A DNA stretch of 64,000 nt. Source: Octopus vulgaris. Taxonomy: Eukaryota. Under the pieces are notes generated by a model. The model had not been told where the DNA came from. It did not search any database and saw only the letters and a list, made by a program, of their open reading frames with translations. Below are positions 54,209 to 64,000 of this stretch, piece after piece (within the stretch, counting starts at the first letter, position 1; each line of letters begins with the position of its first letter). Location: assembly GCA_951406725.2 (NCBI GenBank), contig OX597843.1, positions 18,414,001 to 18,478,000 on the forward strand, in the 5' to 3' direction. A program made the position numbers and the translations under genes.

Positions 54209-54337
54209 TAGTAGATATGAAGTGAAAAATGTAGTGATGGTGTTGATCGTGAGTTGGTCAGCTGCAACAAGTTCTTGAATGTGAAGGAAGATTATTTTGA
54301 TGTAAAGCAAAAACAACACAATTAGAGACTTATACAG

Positions 54338-54372
<35 letters not shown>

Positions 54373-54878
54373 AAAATATATATATTTGAAGTTTTCTGTA
54401 TGCGTGTTACAAAAATTTTATGTACTTCAATAATTTCTACATCTTTCATCATATATACTCACCCATATATAAACACACATACATATATACACACATACAC
54501 ACACACACACTCACAAAATGACGTAAGAATACCGTACAGGTAAGTTTTGCTCAAGACGTTGCAGTGTGGCTAGGGGTGTCTTGGCTCTTATTTCTAAAAG
54601 AACGAGTGCTGCTGGAAAGGTTCCCTTCAAAACAAGTAGTCACCCTCGTGTAATAATTTTCCAAAAAGTGAAACTAAGGTTGGGGGTAAAACCTCCGAGG
54701 CTTCCACCCCCACCCCCGCTCCGTTTTCCGGACAAAAACTGGATTTCATTCTTCGGAAAAATTGTAATTCAGTTTACGAAACAAAAATTCCCAAAAATCC
54801 GGGGCGGTGGTGTCTCGCCCACCCCCGCCCTCCCTTTTCCGAAACACCAAAATAAGGGATATATATATATATATATAT

Positions 54879-55044
54879 AGGCGCAGGAGTGGCTGTGTGG
54901 TAAGTAGCTTGCTAACCAACCACATGGTTCCGGGTTCAGTCCCACTGCGTGGCATCTTGGGCAAGTGTCTTCTGCTATAGCCCCGGGCCGACCAATGCCT
55001 TGTGAGTGGATTTGGTAGACGGAAACTGAAAGAAGCCTGTCGTA

Positions 55045-55093
<49 letters not shown>

Positions 55094-55300
55094 CTTTGTC
55101 CTCCTAGCATTGCTTGACAACCGATGCTAGTGTGTTTACGTCCCCGTCACTTAGCGGTTCGGCAAAAGTGACCCATAGAATAAGTACTGGGCTTACAAAG
55201 AATAAGTCCCGGAGTCGATTTGCTCGACTAAAGGCAGTGCTGCAGCATGGCCGCAGTCAAATGACTGAAACAAGTAAAAGAGTAACAAAGAGTAAAGAGT
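54879..55300 (+). mobile_element. SINE family A, full length
   Basis: Near-identical to 4364-4810 and 60732-61140. Confidence 0.9.
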
Positions 55301-56017
55301 AAATAAAGAGAGAGAGAGAGAGAGAGAGGGGGGGTAGATAGATATTTATGTATATATTGCATGTTCTTAGACCTTTTTCATTCTTGCTTTTACTCTTGTC
55401 CATGTTTCTTTTGCTTTTCTTGTGTTCTTATCCATTTCATTATTATCCTGTGCGTCCTAGTGTCACCAAGGAAATTCGCTTCTTTCGTTGTAGGTACATT
55501 TTCATTTGTTCATTTACGTTCATACTTTGTTCTCTTTTTTTTCAGGAAAAGTTTTAGTAAAATAAAATCATTCAAAGAATTTTCGATAAGAAATTTAGTA
55601 TCAACACTTCTACACCTAGGGTGTAGGAAAAATCATTCATTACAATACAGTTGCTTGTGTGTGGGGGGGGGGGGCATAGCATGTAGCGGCTCGACCGTTT
55701 ATAGGCACGACGTGTTTATGATTCACCAGATTTATGATTTATTAGTTTTATAGTGGACCCACCAAGTAAGTGTGTGTGTGAGTGTGCATGTGTGTGTATT
55801 TGTGTGTATGTGTTTGTGAACCAGTAATCAATAATAAATTTCTTCACGCTAATTTATCGAAATGTATATTTTTACTTGAAATGTCCAATTATGACAATAA
55901 AGATACATTTGTTATGTGGAACGGGTGAATTTTAATTCCTTCCAAAAACATGTTAATAACATTAAAGTCTGGTATTTTCTATATTCCTCTTTGACAGATT
56001 AATCTGCGCCTGAAAAT

Positions 56018-56205
56018 ATGTTTCCCCACATAGTATCATATGTGCAAACGTTTGTATTGATATTGTGTTCGATTTTGTTTTTGGAGGCTCATGCTGTTTC
56101 ATATATATGCAAGATATGTACTTGCTACGGACCTACAAAGGTATATTGTAAATATCGCCAATTAACATCAGTCCCACAACCAATTCCGATGGATATTGTA
56201 TTGTT
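56018..56205 (+). CDS. Gene 2 first coding exon: signal peptide plus LRRNT (exon starts at 55998)
   Basis: ttgacag| acceptor 20 nt upstream of the ATG; MFPHIVSYVQTFVLILCSILFLEAHA-VSYICKICTCYGPTKVYCKYRQLTSVPQPIPMDIVL; donor TT|gtaagt, phase 2. Confidence 0.9.
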
Positions 56206-56631
56206 GTAAGTATTTGACACTTTCTACGTATTTTCCATTTCAATTATGTCCTCAGCGAAACACAAATGTTGTTGATCTCGCAGCTTTAAACACAATGTTA
56301 TGCAGAGCAGATCGATATGTTACCTGCACTGAAGTCAAATAAACTGCTTATTATATTGAATTTATAACATCGCATACATACTGATAGAATATGGCTAGTA
56401 TCTGACCTTTGATGTTATTTGTCTGACCTCATCAAATCTTGCAGAATATTCAACGAACAGACAGTCTGAAAACTTCTGTGCTAACAATACATGTGTATTT
56501 CACAGAATTATATGATTTCATTAATTAGTTTAACTGTTGTTTAATGTTACAATAATATGATATATTATCCGTTGATCACGTTACAGAATAGTTGTTAAAT
56601 ATTGTTTGTATTAGTTTTTTAAATTAAAAAT

Positions 56632-56835
56632 GCAGCGAGCTGCCAGAAACGTTGTGCACGCCGGACAAAATGTTAAGCGGTATTTCGTTCGTCTTTACGT
56701 TTCGCGTTTAAATTCTGCCACAGTCGACTTTGCTTTCATTTTTTCGTTGTCAATTAATTAAGTACCAGTTGAATACTGGGTTCGATGTAATCCACTATAC
56801 CTCTCCCCAATATTTCGCGCCTTGGTAGAAAGGAG
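56632..56835 (+). mobile_element. SINE family B
   Basis: GCAGCGAGCTGCCAGAAACGTT...GTCGACTTTGCTTTC...AAGTACCAGTT. Confidence 0.75.
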
Positions 56836-56960
56836 TGTAATTAATATTATAATCATCATCTTCTTCGTCTTCTTCTCCTTCTCCTTCTTCTTCTTCTTCT
56901 TCTTCTTCTTCTTCTTCTTTTTCTTCTTCTTCTTCTTCTTCTTCTTCTCCTATTTCTTCT

Positions 56961-56995
<35 letters not shown>

Positions 56996-57026
56996 TTCCT
57001 CTTCTTCTTCTTCCTCTTCTTCTTCC

Positions 57027-57057
<31 letters not shown>

Positions 57058-57078
57058 TTTCTACTTCTGTTGCTGCTG

Positions 57079-57174
<96 letters not shown>

Positions 57175-57486
57175 TTACTACTGCTACTACTACTTCTACT
57201 AGGTATGCTAATTTGTTGTCTCATTCTTCTGAATTGTGATCGGAGTCTTCTTCGTCCATTTCTACGTTGTTATACTTCTTTTCTCTAATGTAATTCTTAA
57301 GACTAAATTTTAACAATCTATAATATTTATCTGAATTAGAATTTAGCAAAACTCTTTCATGCCACACACAGTATCAGCATTATCATCCAAGGATAAATAT
57401 TAATACTTAATGTCCTCAAATCTTACTCTTCTTCCCACTTTATCCTTCTCTAATTCAATTTCTCTCTTTCAGTGTTTGTAGGAATC

Positions 57487-58046
57487 TATTGGGTCGTCCA
57501 GAAATTTCGTGCCGATTTATAGTAGCTTACCTTTCGACTTATTTTAGAAAATGGTTGAGTCCATAAAATGGGATTTGACTACACCTCCATTTAAAGCACA
57601 GTTTAAACTATATTTTCGTGGAAGAAGGTTTATGTTCCTATAACCTGTGTTAATTCTGTAACCCTTTAAAATGGAAGATAAGAAAATTCATTTTCAGTAC
57701 TTGATTCTTTGGAAACCAGACAAAAATGGCTGCAGCTCGGCTGGGATATGTTACCCTACTCTCCATATTCACCAGATATTGCTCCTTCGGGTTTCCATTT
57801 ATTCAGGTATCTGTAGAATAGTCTTAATGGTAAAAATTTCAATTCCTTTGGTGACGTAAAAAGATACCTTGATGAATTCTTTCCCATGAAACCTGGGAAG
57901 AGGGTATTTTCAAGTTAAAGGGAAGATGGAGACGCATTGTGCAACAAAATGGTTCCTATTTGATTGATTAAAAATATAATGACAAGTATTTATTGACCTT
58001 TTTCTTTCCTTTAAAAATCGGCACGAACTTTCCGGACAACCCAATA
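57487..58046 (+). mobile_element. Internally deleted mariner element with intact TIRs and TA target duplication
   Basis: TA-TTGGGTCGTCCAGAAATTTCGTGCCGATTT ... AAATCGGCACGAACTTTCCGGACAACCCAA-TA; remnants MEDKKIHF and PYSPDIAPS.FHLFR. Confidence 0.9.
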
Positions 58047-58635
58047 TTCGAGAGTGTTTAAATGTATATCTACGAAGATATGTGTCGGCGTATCAACATC
58101 AGTAATTGATATCCTAGACGAAACTGTGTATATGTGCATATGTGTGCATGTGTGATTGTACAATTTATTCTTTACATGGATTTTCTCCTTCTTTTCCTCA
58201 TTCCGATTTCCGTTGTTATTTTCCTCTTCCTCTTTTCTTTATGTGTTTTCTTCCTGCATCTTCCATTTTCTTCTTCATTCTTCATCCTAATCCCCTTCTC
58301 TTTTTCTCTTTCTTCTCTAATTTTTTCAACTGCTTTTTCCATTTCTAATGCATCATTTTCCTTTCATCGTATTCTACTCGCTCTTCTATAGATTTATGCG
58401 TTATATCACTTATTCCACTCAATTTCTCATTGTCTATCGCCTTTTTATTTTACGCTCCCTCCTCTTCATCTTCTCCTCAACTCCTACATCCCCTCTTATC
58501 CACCACCTCCTCCTCCTCTTTATTATCATCACTCTTTTCTTTCATAGTCTATTTTGATTTTAAGACACGAAATTTGATGCTTTAACAGGAACCTTTTCTA
58601 AACTATTTCCTTTATAATCTTTTTTATTTCTACAG

Positions 58636-58707
58636 AACCTTGGAGTATAATAACATCGAGATAATCGAACGTGGTGTCTTCAATAATCTCAAATATTTAG
58701 AGAAACT
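58636..58707 (+). CDS. Gene 2 LRR exon 1 (72 bp)
   Basis: ctacag|A ACC TTG...AAA CT|gtaagt; LTLEYNNIEIIERGVFNNLKYLEKL (LxLxxNxIxxIxxxxFxxLxxL); phase 2-2. Confidence 0.92.
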
Positions 58708-58762
58708 GTAAGTTCAATTTTTGTTGATATTTTCTTAACGTAATATCACTAGAAATTTCATG

Positions 58763-58829
<67 letters not shown>

Positions 58830-59118
58830 CTTTCCTAATTCATATTTTGTCATTATATTTCCTTTTGTGCATGTATGAAGACGTGTACGATTGTATGTGA
58901 TTGTGTGTGATATAATAAATATTTTTTGCATTGGAATATGATTTTATGTGAACATGTATGATGTATCTGTGTGTGTGGCGTGTGCGTTCGTGTCTGTGTG
59001 AGTAAAAAAAGTCATATTTACTTACAGAAAATCATGCTATTAAAAATTGTTTTATACTGTTTTGAAATCATTCTCTCACCCTAATGAAACACTTTACTCA
59101 TATTCATACACACACACA

Positions 59119-59178
<60 letters not shown>

Positions 59179-60254
59179 GATAACATTTGAGCGATATACT
59201 TACATTGAGAGTTACTTCCCTTAGGGATTGTAACTTTTATTAATATTTATGAAAGACTTATTCTTTGCGACCCAGAATTCAAAAGGTAATATTTTTCTCG
59301 TGGAAGAGCCATTTCAGAACTTTTCTGGGTTAAACACGCATACACAACCACCACATACACTCACATTTACACACGCACACACACACGTACACACACGCAC
59401 ACAAACGCATACACATACACACACACACTCACAAATATATCGGTGCAGATGTTTTTGTTGTAAGAAGGTTGTTATAAACTATATGGCTCATGTCTCAGTG
59501 CCACTCGGAGGGACCATTTTCACGTGACTTTCCTTTTGCTTCCGGTCGACCAATACATTTTGAGTGGGTTTTGTAGACGGAAATTGAATCAAGTTTGTCG
59601 TATGATGCGTGTATATACATATATGCGTGACTGTGTCTCTTTATGCTCCAACCACTTTTTAACAGACAGTGCTTTAGTGTTCCCCACACTGTCATTTAAC
59701 CCTTCGCTAAAAGTGACCAATAGATTAAGTAACAAGCCTACAAAAATGCGTGCAAGATTTGATACACTCGACTAATATCCTTCAAGATAATGTTCTGGCA
59801 TAGCGGAGGTGTAATGAGTGAAATAAGTAAAAGAGAAGGATATTCATATATAACATGTATCAGTGTAACACGTCTCAGTGAAATAACAGTATGATCTAAC
59901 GTAGGACTTATTCAAATATTCAACCGAAAAAAGCACATTTTACACCTTTGCTTGATTGTATTGCACCGTACGTTAATTATCTCATCTCATCAATACTTAG
60001 TGGGTCTTCTTAATCTTCTTTTCTTCTTCGTCTTTTTCATCTTGTTCTTTTTCTATTTGTTCTTTATGTTCTTTTTATCCTTCTTCTTCTTCTTCTTCTT
60101 CTTCTTCTTCTTCTTCTTCTTCTACTTCTTCTATTTCCTGTTCCAGTTTTGTCATGTGTCTTCTTATCGTCCGTTTCATTTTAGACACCCATTATTCAAT
60201 ATGTGATCAAAAATCTTTTCATAACAACTGTTATCCGGTTCTTTATTTCTGCAG

Positions 60255-60326
60255 ATATTTAAACGGAAATAATATTTCGAGCATTGAAAAAGGAAGTTTC
60301 CAAGGTCTTCCTCGATTACAACTATT
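60255..60326 (+). CDS. Gene 2 LRR exon 2 (72 bp)
   Basis: ctgcag|A TAT...CTA TT|gtaagt; LYLNGNNISSIEKGSFQGLPRLQLL; phase 2-2. Confidence 0.92.
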
Positions 60327-60506
60327 GTAAGTTCGTTCGTTTTTTGTTGATACTGTATAATGAATCTTATTGTTTCATACCATTACTCTCCTCTCGTCTC
60401 TCTTTCCTTCACTCTTTTTATTGCTCTAACTTATATTCTGTCCTTATATTGGCTCAGGACCTGTTTCATTGTTTGTGAAGACGAGTACGATTGGGATATT
60501 ATATAT

Positions 60507-60669
60507 AGGCGCAGGAGTGGCTGTGTGGTAAGTAGCTTGCTAACCAACCACATGGTTCCGGGTTCAGTCCCACTGCGTGGCATCTTGGGCAAGTGTCTTC
60601 TACTATAGCCTTGGGCCGACCAGAGCCTTGTGAGTGGATTTGGTAGACGGAAACTGAAAGAAGCCTGTC

Positions 60670-60733
<64 letters not shown>

Positions 60734-61145
60734 GTGCAGGAGAGGCTGTGTGGTAAGTAGCTTGCTAACCAACCACATGGTTCCGGGTTCAGTCCCACTG
60801 CGTGGCATCTTGGGCAAGTGTCTTCTGCTATAGCCCCGGGCCGACCAATGCCTTGTGAGTGGATTTGGTAGACGGAAACTGAAAGAAGCCCGTCGTATAT
60901 ATGTATATATATATGTATATGTGTGTATGTGTGTGTATGTTTGTCCCCCTAGCATTGCTTGACAACCGATGCTGGTGTGTTTATGTCCCCGTTACTTAGC
61001 GGTTCGGCAAAAGAGACCGATAGAATAAGTACTGGGCTTACAAAAGAATAAGTCCCGGGGTCGAGTTGCTCGATTAAAGGCGGTGCTCCAGCATGGCCGC
61101 AGTCAAATGACTGAAACAAGTAAAAGAGTAAAAGAGAAAGAGAGA
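60507..61145 (+). mobile_element. SINE family A: an extra 5' half (60507-60670), (TA)n, then a full copy (60732-61145)
   Basis: Same arrangement as 4187-4810. Confidence 0.9.
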
Positions 61146-61862
61146 GTATGTCTGATTCAAAACTTATTAATGGTAATGTGTGTGTATGCATATGTGTATG
61201 TTAGTGGCTGCATGTATATGTGACTATATAATTTGTATTCACATACCTTATTTCCTCCTTTTCTACAACTCTTCTCCTCTGTCTTCTTTTCCACTGATTA
61301 CTTCTATTCATCTCCTACTTCTTCATTCACTTCAGGTTATTTTTCCGTTACAGCATGTAGATGGAATGTGGGAAAATGTAAATACTTAGAATATAGTCAC
61401 ATATTTCTTTGTCTTTCAAAATGATACCAGCGTCGTTCACTGGTAATCTGCGTCAATTTCCAACATACTCTTCCGCTGATGATATATTTATAAATATTTA
61501 ATGTGCTCTCATTTTCCTTCTCTCGCCTTCTCCCGTTGAAACTAATATTCTCTCTTATCGTATTTCCGCTTGAATGTCATTGAATGTGGAAATATGAGTG
61601 TAAATATGGGTGTAACTGCACAATACTCTATACATAAGTGTATGTGTGTATGACTGTATATGCTTATATGCGCAAGACTACGTTCACATCTGAGAATCTG
61701 GCGGTAGGCATCTGTGTTTGTCTTTTCCAACTTGTTATCTCCCTCCCAACTACGTTCGCAGTCTCCAAATTTTTCTTTCTCATCTATTTCAGGGCTTTCT
61801 CAGTTTTTATCCTCTTAGTTTTAAACGTCTCTTCCTTCCCGTTTTCTCCTCCTCCTATTCTC

Positions 61863-62079
61863 CTTCTTCTTCTTCTTCTTCTTCTTCTTCTTCTTCTTCT
61901 TCTTCTTTTTCTTCTTCTTCTTCTTCTTTTTCTTCTTCTTCTCCTCCTCCTCCTTCTCCTTTTTCTTCTCTTCTTTTTCTTCTTCTTCTTCTTCTTCTTC
62001 TTCTCCTTTTTCTTTTTCTTCTTCTTCTTCTTCTTCTTCTTCTTCTTCTTCTTCTTCTTCTCCTCCTCCTCCTCCTTCA

Positions 62080-62110
<31 letters not shown>

Positions 62111-62145
62111 CTTCTTCTTCTTCTTCTTCTTCTTCTTCTTCTTCA
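61863..62145. repeat. (CTT)n microsatellite (similar tracts at 56860-57060 and 60080-60125)
   Basis: Directly visible. Confidence 0.97.
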
Positions 62146-62421
62146 AGGTGGTGTACTGGCAGAATTGTTAGCACGCTGGGCGAAATACTACGCGGTATTT
62201 CACCCATCCCGACGTTCTGAGTTCAAACTCCGCCAAGGCGGCTTTGCCTTTCGCCCTTCCTGGGTCAATGAAATATGTACCAGCTGAACACTTGGGTTGT
62301 TGTAATCGACACATTCCCTCTACCCAAATGGTTGCCGTTGTGGAAAAATTTGAAACAGTTATCATATATATTTGCAAATAGTTTGTATATCAATATTTAT
62401 TGTATTTCGTGTCTATTATAG

Positions 62422-62493
62422 ATCTATTCATGTAAATAATATTCCGCATATAGAAAAAGGGATATTCCAAGATCTTCCGAGTTTAAAGGAATT
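62422..62493 (+). CDS. Gene 2 LRR exon 3 (72 bp)
   Basis: ttatag|A TCT ATT...GAA TT|gtaagt; LSIHVNNIPHIEKGIFQDLPSLKE; phase 2-2; the gene continues beyond the window. Confidence 0.9.
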
Positions 62494-62732
62494 GTAAGTC
62501 AATTTACTTTTCTTAATACAACTTTATGAAAATAATATTGCTATAAATTCAATGTCATTTCGTTTCTGTTTCATGCCCTATTCTTTGGACTTTTACTCGT
62601 TTTTTGTCCATATATTTGAGTAATATTGTTTTGATTGTGTATGAGGTAAAGTACAACTGGGATTTTACATGTTTGCATCAAAGCATATTAATAGAAATGT
62701 TGTATATATATGTTAATATGTATAAATATGTA

Positions 62733-62834
<102 letters not shown>

Positions 62835-62837
62835 CAT

Positions 62838-62869
<32 letters not shown>

Positions 62870-62878
<9 letters not shown>

Positions 62879-63901
62879 TGAGAATGTGTGTCTGTCTGTG
62901 TCTGTCTGTGTGTTTCCCTAAAACTTGAGAACTACGCAACCAATTTCATTCAAATTTTACTCATGCCTTACTTAGGGTCCATGTAGTTTCGTGGGCAAAA
63001 AATGTTCAACTACTTGCCTAGAGCGAGCCCATAGCAATACCATATCTTCTCCACTATTTCAGTATTACGTGTTAAAAGTGAAACAAAAACATTTCTCTAT
63101 TTTATGTCAGATGCTTTCACTTTAACAATAAAAATAATAATAATTGAATTATATGTAGTAAGTAATAATTAAAATCAAACTAAAGTATAATATAATCGTA
63201 ACATAACAAAAGTTAAAATAGCAATTGGTATAAAATTGCATCAATGACTTGAACTTGAAAAAGTGGTTTCACATGAATGGGAATAAATTAAAAATAAAAT
63301 AAGCGTGCAGAAATGGAATAGTCCAGATGGATAATAATTAAATTAAAGAAAAGGCTATTGTCTATAAAGCATACAATGTAGAGAAAACAGAAGATTTGAA
63401 CACATGGAGGAAAGCACGATCGAAAAGTGTCTTGGTGCGACTATGAAAGATATCTAACCAGATGCAGTAATTTCGCCATAAATAAAAGCAACGTTCGAGT
63501 CAACAGAGCATGTAAGGGAGTACTCGACTCGAACTTGCAAAGTGGAAATGTTTTTTTACCCTTATATCTGGGACGTAGGACGTCCCGGATAAAAATTTTA
63601 AATGCCCCCATCAGCTGTAGAGGTAGGCTGGATTGTAGCCACACTTCTATACAAGAGGAAGGACAAAATACAATTGATCGAAATTGCAAGAGACGGGCTT
63701 ACAATTCCAGTTTGTTATATATTTTGTGCATTGTTATCACTAGCGATATCAAGATATGACTTTGTATTTTGTATTTTATGTGTAGATGTATATATATATA
63801 TATATATATATATAGATGTACATGTGATATGTACACATATATATACAGATATATACATGCACTAGCACTATGACCCGGCAACGACCGGTCATAATGCTAG
63901 T
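62870..63901 (+). mobile_element. Helitron-like non-autonomous element
   Basis: Starts with TATATAAAACTGAGAATG plus a (TGTC)n microsatellite; ends in the hairpin ACTAGCACTATGACC-loop-GGTCATAATGCTAG|T (CTAG 3' end before T). Confidence 0.65.
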
Positions 63902-63904
63902 ATA

Positions 63905-63974
<70 letters not shown>

Positions 63975-64000
63975 AATATAATAAATATCAAGAAATCAAT

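Noticed and set aside
54500-54546. Consensus donor CAG|GTAAGT as a possible 5' UTR exon of gene 2
   Set aside because: It sits at the edge of repeat-like sequence with no promoter evidence, and a single 9-mer is insufficient.

Overview
Eukaryotic genomic DNA, AT-rich and saturated with microsatellites. The tRNA-derived SINE families suggest an octopus (inference). Most of the supplied ORF track is microsatellite or SINE artefact, and the real coding content is split into short exons. (1) Eight phase-compatible + strand exons (3566-16622, about 334 aa) encode LRRCT, a 12-Cys Ly6/uPAR (LYPD6-like three-finger) domain, a SEA-like domain and a hormone-receptor motif (HRM). This looks like the ectodomain of an adhesion-GPCR-like protein with an unusual domain order. 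(2) I could not find GAIN/GPS or 7TM exons after the HRM. Diverged duplicates of the SEA exons follow instead (17551-21018, still in frame), then a phase-compatible terminal exon (22441) and an orphan, strongly diverged copy of the Ly6 exon (27727-27910). (3) A second gene starts at 56018 (signal peptide, LRRNT, three 72-bp LRR exons) and is plausibly the next paralog. The rest is mobile DNA: R4/Dong-type LINEs in (TAA)n, Naiad/Penelope-like elements in (TA)n with several minimal hammerhead-ribozyme motifs and fold-back remnants, Tc1 and mariner relics, L1/Tx1-like fragments, Helitron-like ends, two SINE families and local segmental duplications. All calls were made by eye, without database searches.
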